From Epithemia pelagica (taxonomy: Eukaryota; Protista; Bacillariophyta): a DNA stretch of 64,000 nt. Positions 34,439 through 45,242 of the stretch are shown here, in pieces (position 1 is the first letter of the stretch; each line of letters begins with the position of its first letter). The translations under genes were made by a program, and so were the position numbers. Location of the stretch: NCBI GenBank assembly GCA_946965045.2, contig OX337239.1, forward strand, positions 2,852,001 through 2,916,000. The letters are read 5' to 3'. Under the pieces are notes generated by a model. The model saw nothing but the letters and a program-made list of their open reading frames with translations. It made no database searches and had not been told where the DNA came from.

Positions 34439-37400
34439 CTCCCCACAACTCGTCGTTTCAGCCTTGTCATCATTGGATTTGTTGAGGTCTTGAACTTCTC
34501 CTTTCCAAAACAACAATGGCTTGAGCATGGGCCAAATAGATACGAAATCCCAATGTTTGCTAAGGATATCGGCAGGGTTGGTCTTTCCATCTTTCCAGTA
34601 GAATGCAACATACTTTGCTGCGATGGCTTCACGAACTCGGTGGTATGACAGAAGATGGTGTCTCTTGGATAGTATGGAATGAGGAACGGTTGCATTGAGC
34701 ACAACAGATCTGTTATCTCCGTACATGTAACTTTGCTCTCGGATAGGTACTCCAAGGTAGCGGAGAGAATGTCGTAATTCTGTAATCTGATCTATTGCTG
34801 TCCTTGCAGCCACAAACTCGGATCCATAGGTAGCAGTTTCCACCGTGCTCTGTCTCTTGCTGTACCAGTCAATAGGTGTTCCGTTCAACAAATGTAGAAC
34901 AGCAGTGACGGATTTACCAGTGACTATGTCATGCATGAGATTGGCATCAACATAATGAGTTGTGGTAACATAGCGGCCAAGAGGTGTTGGGCAGTCTTCA
35001 GGAATACGTTCACTTGCATTCGAATAGACAGTGCGAGTCCAATCAAATTCTTGGGTAGGAAGACTTGAATAATCAGGCTCTCCAATCCTAAATCTGATTG
35101 CGCCTTCTGGGAGATGTGCAAGGTATCCATAGATACGCTTGGCTCTATCAAGATGTCCTTTCCTCGGAGCAGCACGAAAGCGTGATAGCGTCATTGTAGC
35201 GGTGAAGACGTCGAAACGACCAATAGTGATCACCCATTGGAGTTGTCCAATCAGAGTTTGGAAATGGCTAGTACCTTCTTCATCAAGGAGTTCAGTATCA
35301 TCCAATTCAGGATGGTCTCCACCAATAAGAGGTGTTTTGGCTTTCTTGGGTTTCTCCTTGAAGATTCGTTCGAAAGTGTCCATCATCTTACCAATGTAGC
35401 GTCTTGGATCTGCTACTAATGTTCCATCAGAATCCTTGGTGTAACAACATCCCAAGTGGAAATCAATAGGTCCATCTCCTTTGAGTTTGAAGTTGTATTT
35501 CTCCTTCAGGATCTTGCAGATATTCCCAGGATCAGTAGAAATAATGGCTAAGTCATCAACGTATACGGCAATGTATTCGTAACAGTCTTCTCCAGGTGCT
35601 TTCCTCATCCAGATATCCGGGTCTGCTTTGCTTGGTGAAAATCCCATGTCTGTCAAAACATCGAATAAGACATCATGCCAGCGTGCGCCTGATGACTTCA
35701 ATCCATAAAGTGCCTTGTATATAATCAGGATGTGACCTTCTAATTCCTTGAATTCAGGTCCTGCGACAATGAAAATTTTCTCCCCTGTCAAGGCTTCCAG
35801 ATATGCATTTCCAATATCTGCTCCCCATATTTCCAAGTCATTCAAAGTACCCAGGAATAAGGCAATGCGGAGGTTGCGAATGGAAACAACACCTGAATAG
35901 ATTGTCTCAACAGGTTCTTTTGTGAGATGTCCATCTGCGACAAGTCTTGCTTTATGTCGTCCATCATGTTTTACGTCAAAGACAAGATGTACACGTATCT
36001 TATGATATCCTTCAGATGCATTGGATACTTTCCCTTTAATGAAGATGGCTTTCCCAAAATCCTTGAATGTCTTGTAGGACTGGATCTGTGACAATTCTAA
36101 TTCTGTTGCGTCTTGCCACTTTGTGTTGCCATGTTGTTTATCAAGAGCGACAGCTTCCTCATAATTGCGTGGTACTTGGAATCCAAACTTATACTTGACG
36201 GAATGGTGAACTTGTTTAATCCTTGACTGTTTGGCTGCTCGAATGAGACGTTTGCTTGTTTTGACATAACGTTTCAAATGCTTCCATCCAGGTTCGATGA
36301 GTAAATCATGTTTCTTTCCATAAATTGCTACAGTGATCGGATCATCATTGGCGATGAGTGATAAAGGTTCATAGGTAGTCTCCCCAGTTTCCCAATCAAC
36401 AAGCAAATTATATTTGCTCCCCTTGTAATCTGGATCAGTTGTGTTCAGTGGGCCTTGATGGGCAATGACGTCCCTGAACCTGAAAAGATTATCTCCAGAG
36501 GTTTGAGCTTGGTTATCTCGTTCGATATACTCCATGAGTTGATTATAGGATATCATCTTATCAACATCAGAATTTGTCTTTCGGTAGATGTACTTGACAC
36601 GTTCTTCCTGTTTCGTTGCTTCTTCATTAAGATCAATGACTCGTTTGATGACACGTGCACGGTGTCGCTCCCCATTTTCTTCTGTGTCGCATAGGAATGT
36701 GCGTCCTATCATGTCGTCAAAATCGATCGTGGGCATTGGTTTGGATGGATCTTCACTATCACTGCGAATGAAGACAGTGTCAGCTTGCTTATCATTGTCA
36801 TCCTTCTCAGACGAATCCTCCCCTGAAGGTCGATCCACACGTAGGTTAGGTGTAGTGGATTCAACACGGCGAACGGCAGAACGGTAGATTATCTGGTTAT
36901 CCCGGGTGAGAATCTTCCAAGTAAAAGAATCACCAACGTTGTGAGCAAAACCAACCCAGTGGCCAAGTTTCTCATCAGAAGAAGATGGATATGAACCGGA
37001 ATTGGGTTCAGCGGGGTCGACACGGTAGTAAACCTCATCCCAGAAAGGAAAGAACAAGAGATGAGTAATGTCGGGTGGGCGTCCGGAGAGAGCCTCAAGA
37101 GGAGTGCGACCGGAGTGGGTGGGTGATGACGTATGGTTCAATAAGTCACAGACATACTCAAGGCAAAGAAGCCAGGTGTTGGCAGGGCAACCAGTGGCAT
37201 TCATGAGAGCGTTGGTCATACGTTTAACGGTCTGGTAACGGTTTTCAGCCTTATTCTGGTGTTGATGATAAGGTTCGGATCGATACTCCCCAATAAGCAA
37301 AGTGCGAAGAATGTCTTTAACCTTTTGAGAGATGAGAGATGAACCACCATCACTGATAAGAGTCTCCATGGCACCACGAAACCGGATGTTGTCCTGAAGA

Positions 37401-40120
37401 GTATTGACAAACTGTTTGGTTGACTTGATCCCATAGATATCAGTAACCAGAGTATCTCGACCAACAAAGATTTGTGCGACTTTACCGCCATGGTCAACAG
37501 CAGGGGTGTCGGAGAAAACCGAGTCAGTAGCAACGGGTTCATGGCGTCGAGGTATATTAAGGACCGGATTGCGAGCCTTGAAATGTTTCTTGAGGGTGTC
37601 GTGGTCAAAAGTAATGCTACCATTACGTGTAGTGTGCTTGAACGTATCGGCAATAACATCTTCAGATTGCCAACCAAAGAATGGACGGAACTTCTTCCAG
37701 TCAAACGCTTCCTGGTAACGACGGTGGACAGAGGCATGAAGTGTAGGATCATTACCTTCTGCGTCAGCATAGATAGAAAAGAAGGGTGCGTCGTCAGGTC
37801 CATGATCGTATGGGAGATCCAAAAGGAGATTGAGGTTACAAACAACACGATCAGTGTACTCCCCATAGTTGTCATATGGATGGTTCGACATACTACCATC
37901 AGTCTTGACGTGTTTCCAATCAGGATCATTGTCAGAGGGTGTGGGAGAATACGAATGGTCCAGAACACCAGGATCCCATGTGTCGGGTGACGTGAAGATG
38001 ATCTGAGGTAAGGTATCCATGTCATCGTCGCTGGGGATACCCAAGGAGTGGATGTAGGCTAACCCATCCTTGATGTGAAGGGGTATGGCACGACCATCAA
38101 GTGTAGTGATGCGTTGTTTACCATCAACTTTAACAGATCGTTCATCAACAGCAAGTCCGAAATGCTCGAATTGACCAGGAGCATGGATAGATAAGCCCTT
38201 CCCATAATAAGCATATTCATTGAAGATGCCGACAATAGGTCCATCATTGGTCTCAAACTTTGCGGCACATGTGACGACAGGAAGTCCAGTAAGTTCATGG
38301 TTATCAATACCCACAATAGTGATATGGCGGCCAGTCTTAGAAAGGATGCGCATGTCAGAACCAGCAAGTCCTCCATTAGCACCACGGTCAATCAATTGAT
38401 TCCCTGGTAAAGTAGATTTCCTGGAAAACAGATAGCGTGGAACATGTCCTGCTTGTTTATGCATGTTGGCTTTGAAAGTAACCTTCTTGCTCGTCTTGGA
38501 CTTGGCGTTAGAAAGAACACTAGTCAGGTCAGTTGCCGGGTGATTGATATCAGTCGTCATGGCTTGGTTGATAAATTGTGTAACCGGATCTGAATCATCT
38601 GAATGCTCAAGGACTACGCCAGGTGAGTCGTCATCAGATGCAACTTGGTTGGGGTCAGGATCAGGTTCCGGATCAATGTCGAGGGCATGTGTTTGCACTG
38701 TCCTCGGTGTTGTTGATGAAGGTGCTTGAATCATCTTGTTATACTCAATGATCAACTTGCGATCTTCTTCAGAAAGTTTGAACCATAGGTCACGCGGTAG
38801 ACTAACCTTGGACGAAGAGGATGGAGATTCAGATGTCGCTTTGGTGTTGTGGACATGATACTCCATATCATCTTGTGGGCTTAAGTCAGCATCTGTATCT
38901 TGGCCATATAGTGATTCATGTTGTTTGACATGTCGACGGCGACTATGAACAGATGACTGGGTTGCTTGATCATGGTCATAAGCTGCGTCTAGAAGGAGAC
39001 GGAAGTATGATTGATAGCAAAGGGATTTTGCACCGGATTTGGTGTTCACCACATTATCCAAGATCTTGACTCGGCGGAGATCAGGTACCTTTTCTACAGC
39101 TTGCATGAGGAAGGTCATCCTGGTATGATCAGGGATGCGATCAGACAATGTCACTAAATTGTCTAGCAAACGTAGCTGCTCTTGAAAGTGTAGAAGAAAT
39201 TGACGTGTTGTTCCGCGCCATGTGTCGTCAAGACGTAGATTGGAAATGTAGTTGGTTAAGCGGAGGACTTCTCGCTTTGCTAGGTCGGATTCGGTATGCA
39301 AAGAGTGTAACTTCTGCAATACTGCACGCGCATCTTCATCATGTTCATGTTCACGTACATAGGCTCGACCTTGGTCAGTCTGAATGATACGGACAAGAAC
39401 GGAGTAAAGAAATACTTGTTGCTCTTGAAAAAGTTCTTCGGCATACTCATCATCATGGGGTGGTGTGTATTTGAAATTCAGAACGTTGGTTAGGCCTTGA
39501 GCCTTAGCTGTAGTCTTGAATACACGCCAGAATGAATCGTAGTATCGTTCATCCTTGAATACCTCATATGCAGTTGCGTCGCGCTTAGTTCCCTTTCTGA
39601 ATGCTGTAAGGTCTTGTTGAGATTGGGATGCGGCAGTAACTGTGCTGACAGATTTCACAGATGACGGTGACTTCATTGGCGAGACTGGGACTTGACTAGG
39701 TGGTCCCTTAGAGAAATCTGTGTTGATCCTCCAAGTGTTGAACTCTTTCCTCGTTAGGTTCATCCAGTCGCTATTGGATAGCTCGTCTTGAATTTCATTG
39801 GTCTTGTATATGGCCCAATAAGCCAAGAGCTTGATCTGCTGTCTTGTGGGGCCTTGTAGATCATGTGTCTGTTTGTTGACCTTGTACTGTGTCAGTTCCT
39901 TCATGGATTCCTGGGTATTAGTTTGCATATACGAGATAACATGGGTAATGTTCTCAAAACCATGGTATTTCATCCACTTCATTAAGTAGTCAGCCCTTTC
40001 TTTGGTAAAGAATTGGCAGACAGTAAATATGATGTGGTCGAATAGGTCTGTGTCCGAGACATTGTCTTGGTTATCTTCTCCCTTAGGAGTCGTAGGTGTC
40101 TTGGGTGATTGAGGATCCAT
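34433..40120 (-). CDS. gag-pol: Intact Gag-Pol polyprotein, 1895 aa
   Basis: PR LIDRGANGG; IN VATDSVF / ISDGGS / QNKAENRY; RT VYVDDL; RH YVDANLMHD; stop codon lies in the first bases of the 3' LTR. Confidence 0.97.
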   Translation of the reverse strand: MDPQSPKTPTTPKGEDNQDNVSDTDLFDHIIFTVCQFFTKERADYLMKWMKYHGFENITHVISYMQTNTQESMKELTQYKVNKQTHDLQGPTRQQIKLLAYWAIYKTNEIQDELSNSDWMNLTRKEFNTWRINTDFSKGPPSQVPVSPMKSPSSVKSVSTVTAASQSQQDLTAFRKGTKRDATAYEVFKDERYYDSFWRVFKTTAKAQGLTNVLNFKYTPPHDDEYAEELFQEQQVFLYSVLVRIIQTDQGRAYVREHEHDEDARAVLQKLHSLHTESDLAKREVLRLTNYISNLRLDDTWRGTTRQFLLHFQEQLRLLDNLVTLSDRIPDHTRMTFLMQAVEKVPDLRRVKILDNVVNTKSGAKSLCYQSYFRLLLDAAYDHDQATQSSVHSRRRHVKQHESLYGQDTDADLSPQDDMEYHVHNTKATSESPSSSSKVSLPRDLWFKLSEEDRKLIIEYNKMIQAPSSTTPRTVQTHALDIDPEPDPDPNQVASDDDSPGVVLEHSDDSDPVTQFINQAMTTDINHPATDLTSVLSNAKSKTSKKVTFKANMHKQAGHVPRYLFSRKSTLPGNQLIDRGANGGLAGSDMRILSKTGRHITIVGIDNHELTGLPVVTCAAKFETNDGPIVGIFNEYAYYGKGLSIHAPGQFEHFGLAVDERSVKVDGKQRITTLDGRAIPLHIKDGLAYIHSLGIPSDDDMDTLPQIIFTSPDTWDPGVLDHSYSPTPSDNDPDWKHVKTDGSMSNHPYDNYGEYTDRVVCNLNLLLDLPYDHGPDDAPFFSIYADAEGNDPTLHASVHRRYQEAFDWKKFRPFFGWQSEDVIADTFKHTTRNGSITFDHDTLKKHFKARNPVLNIPRRHEPVATDSVFSDTPAVDHGGKVAQIFVGRDTLVTDIYGIKSTKQFVNTLQDNIRFRGAMETLISDGGSSLISQKVKDILRTLLIGEYRSEPYHQHQNKAENRYQTVKRMTNALMNATGCPANTWLLCLEYVCDLLNHTSSPTHSGRTPLEALSGRPPDITHLLFFPFWDEVYYRVDPAEPNSGSYPSSSDEKLGHWVGFAHNVGDSFTWKILTRDNQIIYRSAVRRVESTTPNLRVDRPSGEDSSEKDDNDKQADTVFIRSDSEDPSKPMPTIDFDDMIGRTFLCDTEENGERHRARVIKRVIDLNEEATKQEERVKYIYRKTNSDVDKMISYNQLMEYIERDNQAQTSGDNLFRFRDVIAHQGPLNTTDPDYKGSKYNLLVDWETGETTYEPLSLIANDDPITVAIYGKKHDLLIEPGWKHLKRYVKTSKRLIRAAKQSRIKQVHHSVKYKFGFQVPRNYEEAVALDKQHGNTKWQDATELELSQIQSYKTFKDFGKAIFIKGKVSNASEGYHKIRVHLVFDVKHDGRHKARLVADGHLTKEPVETIYSGVVSIRNLRIALFLGTLNDLEIWGADIGNAYLEALTGEKIFIVAGPEFKELEGHILIIYKALYGLKSSGARWHDVLFDVLTDMGFSPSKADPDIWMRKAPGEDCYEYIAVYVDDLAIISTDPGNICKILKEKYNFKLKGDGPIDFHLGCCYTKDSDGTLVADPRRYIGKMMDTFERIFKEKPKKAKTPLIGGDHPELDDTELLDEEGTSHFQTLIGQLQWVITIGRFDVFTATMTLSRFRAAPRKGHLDRAKRIYGYLAHLPEGAIRFRIGEPDYSSLPTQEFDWTRTVYSNASERIPEDCPTPLGRYVTTTHYVDANLMHDIVTGKSVTAVLHLLNGTPIDWYSKRQSTVETATYGSEFVAARTAIDQITELRHSLRYLGVPIREQSYMYGDNRSVVLNATVPHSILSKRHHLLSYHRVREAIAAKYVAFYWKDGKTNPADILSKHWDFVSIWPMLKPLLFWKGEVQDLNKSNDDKAETTSCGEC

Positions 40121-40440
40121 GGTGTTATTTGGTTGGTTCGATGTTTATTTAATGTGCGGTGTGATGTGGTTTATTTAATGTGTGATGTGATGTGAACCCG
40201 GATGTACCACGTGTGCCACGTATGTACCACGTATGTGATACCCGGATGTGTGTTGTGATGTGCGACTCCTGGAAATTTCCGTTGATTTCGACAAATTTTC
40301 GCCGAGTTTCAACAAATTTTCGCCGAATTTTCGCGATTTGACGGGAATACGTGGCGTGTTGTGCGACCAAGGGTACCCGGATGTGCGTTGAGTTTAAGTC
40401 TTGGAAAGGTTTTGAGAGGACGGGAGTTAACTATGAGTAA

Positions 40441-41219
40441 TTAAGCTTCGGTCTCCGAATCCTCACCCTCTTCAGAATGATCAGAGTCGCTTCCAGGCTC
40501 AGATGGGGCAGCACAAGCAACAGAAGAAGGGGTATCACCTTCAGCCAGGTGGTTCTCGACCTCGGTACGCAAAGGGTAGATAGTTGCACGATGGTCCTCG
40601 ATGGTATGGACCTCGTGGATGTAGGCAACGTAGTTATCTAGGCGTACAACGTTAGGAGGCAGAGGGCAAGTCGTCGCGTTCACGACGTGGATGGTATTGT
40701 AGTATCCAGTTGGGCGCTCGAAGGTTAGGAAGCGGAGGTGGACAGTACGGATGGGGTTGCCCGAGAGGGCGGCCAAGATGAGGCGACGCCTCGGAGAACG
40801 ATGAAGTTGGTCGTTCAGACGGTCAATGTCTTCTTGATCGACGATGTGGGTCACCGATTGGAACTGGCGTTCGATCTGGGTCTCCCCACGGATGATCTCG
40901 GGATCGAAGGTCGAACAAGTTGGTTGACGGAAGTACTTGATATGATCAGCAATCAACCGGGTGGTACGACGGGATCGAGAAGGGACGAGCCGACAAGGCG
41001 GACTCGGGGGCCGAAGCAACGCGCAGGGATCGGAGCGTGAGTCTGGGTTGGAGTCTCGAATGGGTTGCTGTTGGAACTGTCGACGGAGATGTTGACCGAT
41101 GTGTTGGCTGCCTTCGGCGTCGGCACCAGTTCCTGCTGCACCAGGGTATCGGGCTGCCCGGGATGCAGGTTGGCTCGATAGATCTGTCGTACAGGAGTGA
41201 TAATCTCGTTAGTATCCAT
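40441..41219 (-). pseudogene. Extra ORF upstream of gag, frameshifted in this copy
   Basis: Matches 44427-45206 but has a 1-nt deletion near 41021 (CAACGCGC versus CAACGGCGC). Confidence 0.8.
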
Positions 41220-41241
41220 GAAACCACAAGGAAATAAGCTT

Positions 41242-41255
41242 TGAGACTGTTAATC
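41242..41255 (-). promoter_or_regulatory. Primer-binding site matching a tRNA-Asn(GUU) anticodon arm
   Basis: Plus strand reads TGAGA-CTGTTAA-TC and abuts the LTR. Confidence 0.7.
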
Positions 41256-42038
41256 TGTTACGATTCTTTCTGAATCGTAGGGACATTGATGCTCGGTAGA
41301 GCAGACAATCAGGTAGGTCACCAACTAATACAAGCTTCTCAGGGTCAGAGAAGCAAGCAAGTCGAAGTCTATCAGAAGGATAGTCGGGACACAAAAGAGG
41401 ATGTGATAAATGGTGATATTGTTAGATTGTGTGTTGATTACTACGATAGGTCTACGTGAAATGTTCGGTCCTGCCAAGGGTCATGTGTCATAGGTTCTTG
41501 GCGGCAACAGGTTTGGAATAGTTGGAGTCGATTCATGTGATGTATATGACATGTATATGTGGGCGGATAACATATACAGGGTCAACAGCTCTTGCTTTGG
41601 GTTGGCATAGTTGTTTTCATGGCGCGCAGCTTGTTGACAATTTGGAGATTGTGGGAATGGAAATATGGTCTCGCGTGATCGTGTGTCGTGCTTGGGATAC
41701 TTAGACCGTTGGATCGGATAGATGCCGATAGCGCTCGGATGTCGCTTGGGCGCGCTCGATGATTTCGGGCGCGTACGCTTAGGGCGTTAGTATAATATCC
41801 GAGCAACGGCCAAATTTATGTCCGTTGTAATACCGCACGACCCAGTTTAGTCTTGAGAGTGAGTTCGTCAATCTATTCTCACTTTTCATGATTTGCGAAG
41901 AAATATAGGTCGATATAGCGCGAAGCTAGGGAACATAGCTCGAAGCTAGATGGCATGATGCGATAGCACGAGGCTATGTGACATGGGGAATCGATGAGAT
42001 GTAGAATCTAACCACCATAGACGGTGAGAATTCTAACA
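41256..42038 (-). repeat. Middle LTR, family B (783 bp)
   Basis: About 7 differences from 33656-34438; no PPT upstream, joined directly to truncated pol. Confidence 0.97.
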
Positions 42039-44106
42039 AGGCTAACCCATCCTTGATGTGAAGGGGTATAGCACGACCATCAAGTGTAGTGATGCGTTGT
42101 TTACCATCAACTTTAACAGATCGTTCATCAACAGCAAGTCCGAAATGCTCGAATTGACCAGGAGCATGGATAGATAAGCCCTTTCCATAATAAGCATATT
42201 CATTGAAGATGCCGACAATAGGTCCATCATTGGTCTCAAACTTTGCGGCACATGTGACGACAGGAAGTCCAGTAAGTTCATGGTTATCAATACCCACAAT
42301 AGTGATATGGCGGCCAGTCTTAGAAAGGATGCGCATGTCAGAACCAGCAAGTCCTCCATTAGCACCACGGTCAACCAATTGGTTTCCTGGGAGAGTAGAT
42401 TTCCTGGAAGACAGATAGTGCAGTATGTGTCCTTCCTGTTTATGCATATTGGCCTTGAGGCTAACCTTCTTGCTTGTTTTTGACTTGGCGTTGGATAGAA
42501 CACTGGTCAAGTCAGATGCTGGATGATTGATGTCAGTCGTCATGGCTTGGTTGATGAATTGTGTAACTGGATCTGACTCATCTTGATGCTCGGAAGTCGC
42601 ACCAAGTGAAGCATTTTTAGAAACAGCTTCTTGACTGGGGTCAGGATCAGGTTCCGGATCAATGTCAAGGGCATGTGTCTGCACTTTCCTTGGCGTTGTT
42701 GATGATGGTGCATGAATCATCTTGCTGTACTCAATGATCAACTTGCGATCTTCTTCAGAAAGTTTGAACCATAGGTCACGCGGTAGACTAACCTTAGATG
42801 AAGAGGATGGAGAGTCAGATGTCACGTTAGTGTTGTGAACATGATACTCCATATCATCTTGTGGGCTTAAGTCAGCATCTGTATCTTGGCCGTATTGTGA
42901 ATCATGTTGTTTGACATGTCGACGGCGACTATGTGCAGATGACTGGGTTGCTTGATCATGGTCATAAGCTGCGTCTAGAAGGAGACCAAAGTATGATTGA
43001 TAGCAAAGGGATTTTGCACCGGATTTTGTGTTCACCACATTGTCCAAGATCTTGACTCGGCGGAGATCAGGTACCTTTTCTACAGCTTGCATGAGGAAAG
43101 TCATCCTGGTATGATCAGGGATGCGATCAGACAATGTCACAAGATTGTCTAGCAAACGTAGCTGCTCTTGAAAGTGTAGAAGAAATTGACGTGTTGTTCC
43201 ACGCCATGTGTCATCAAGACGTAGATTGGAAATGTAGTTGGTTAAACGGAGGACTTCTCGCTTTGCTAGGTCGGATTCGGTATGCAAAGAGTGTAACTTC
43301 TGCAATACGGCACGCGCATCTTCATCATGTTCATGTTCACGTACATAGGCTCGACCTTGGTCAGTCTGAATGATACGGACAAGAACGGAGTAAAGAAATA
43401 CTTGTTGCTCTTGAAAAAGTTCTTCGGCATACTCATCATCATGGGGTGGTGTGTATTTGAAATTCAGAACGTTGGTTAGGCCTTGAGCCTTAGCTGTAGT
43501 CTTGAATACACGCCAGAATGAATCGTAGTACCGTTCATCCTTGAATACCTCATATGCAGTTGCGTCGCGCTTAGTTCCCTTTCTGAATGCGGTAAGGTCT
43601 TGTTGAGATTGGGATGCGGCAGTAACTGTGCTGACAGATTTCACAGATGACTGTGACTTCATTGGCGAGACTGGGACTTGGCTAGGTGGTCCCTTAGAGA
43701 AATCTGTGTTGATCCTCCAAGTGTTGAACTCTTTCCTCGTTAGGTTCATCCAGTCGCTATTGGATAGCTCGTCTTGAATTTCATTGGTCTTGTATATGGC
43801 CCAATAAGCCAAGAGCTTGATCTGCTGTCTTGTGGGGCCTTGTAGATCATGTGTTTGTTTGTTGACCTTGTATTGTGTCAGTTCCTTCATGGATTCCTCG
43901 GTATTAGTTTGCATATACGAGATAACATGGGTAATGTTCTCAAAACCATGGTATTTCATCCACTTCATTAAGTAGTCGGCCCTTTCTTTGGTAAAGAATT
44001 GGCAGACAGTAAATATGATGTGGTCGAATAGGTCTGTGTCCGAGATATTGTCTTGGTTATCTTCTCCCTTAGGAGTCGTAGGTGTCTTGGGTGATTGAGG
44101 ATCCAT
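42039..44106 (-). pseudogene. gag: Gag-protease of the truncated family B copy
   Basis: Follows the intact copy up to IPLHIKDGLA, then runs straight into the middle LTR. Confidence 0.92.
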
Positions 44107-44426
44107 GGTGTTATTTGGTTGGTTCGATGTTTATTTAATGTGCGGTGTGATGTGGTTTATTTAATGTGTGATGTGATGTGAACCCGGATGTACCACGTGT
44201 GCCACGTATGTACCACGTATGTGATACCCGGATGTGTGTTGTGATGTGCGACTCCTGGAAATTTCCGTTGATTTCGACAAATTTTCGCCGAGTTTCAACA
44301 AATTTTCGCCGAATTTTCGCGATTTGACGGGAATGTGTGGCGTGTTGTGCGACCAAGGGTACCCGGATGTGCGTTGAGTTTAAGTCTTGGAAAGGTTTTG
44401 AGAGGACGGGAGTTAACTATGAGTAA

Positions 44427-45206
44427 TTAAGCTTCGGTCTCCGAATCCCCACTCTCTTCCGAATGATCAGAGTCGTTTCCAGGCTCAGATGGGGCAGCAC
44501 AAGCAACAGGAGAAGGGGTATCACCTTCAGCCAGGTGGTTCTCGACCTCGGTACGCAAAGGGAAGATAGTTGCACGATGGTCCTCGATGGTATGGACCTC
44601 GTGGATGTAGGCAACGTAGTTATCTAGGCGTACAACGTTAGGAGGCAGAGGGCAAGTCGTCGCGTTCACAACGTGGATGGTATTGTAGTATCCAGTTGGG
44701 CGCTCGAAGGTTAGGAAGCGGAGGTGGACAGTACGGATGGGGTTGCCCGAGAGGGCGGCCAAGATGAGGCGACGCCTCGGAGAACGATGAAGTTGGTCGT
44801 TCAGACGGTCAATGTCTTCTTGGTCGACGATGTGGGTCACCGATTGGAACTGGCGTTCGATCTGGGTCTCCCCACGGATGATCTCGGGATCGAAGGTCGA
44901 ACAAGTTGGTTGACGGAAGTACTTGATATGATCAGCAATCAACCGGGTGGTACGACGGGATCGAGAAGGGACGAGCCGACGAGGCGGACTCGGGGGCCGA
45001 AGCAACGGCGCAGGGATCGGAGCGTGAGGCTGGGTTGGAGTCTCGAATGGGTTGCTGTTGGAACTGTCGACGGAGATGTTGACCGATGTGTTGGCTGCCT
45101 TCGGCGTCGGCACCAGCTCCTGCTGCACCAGGGTATCGGGCTGCCCGGGATGCAGTTTGGCTCGATAGATCTGTCGTACAGGAGTGATAAGCTCGTTAGT
45201 ATCCAT
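44427..45206 (-). CDS. Extra 259-aa ORF between PBS and gag, unknown function
   Basis: ATG 37 nt after the 5' LTR, sense strand, open for 259 codons; repeated in the second copy. Confidence 0.7.
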   Translation of the reverse strand: MDTNELITPVRQIYRAKLHPGQPDTLVQQELVPTPKAANTSVNISVDSSNSNPFETPTQPHAPIPAPLLRPPSPPRRLVPSRSRRTTRLIADHIKYFRQPTCSTFDPEIIRGETQIERQFQSVTHIVDQEDIDRLNDQLHRSPRRRLILAALSGNPIRTVHLRFLTFERPTGYYNTIHVVNATTCPLPPNVVRLDNYVAYIHEVHTIEDHRATIFPLRTEVENHLAEGDTPSPVACAAPSEPGNDSDHSEESGDSETEA

Positions 45207-45228
45207 GAAACCACAAGGAAATAGGCTT

Positions 45229-45242
45229 TGAGACTGTTAATC
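45229..45242 (-). promoter_or_regulatory. Primer-binding site matching a tRNA-Asn(GUU) anticodon arm
   Basis: TGAGA-CTGTTAA-TC abutting the 5' LTR. Confidence 0.7.
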
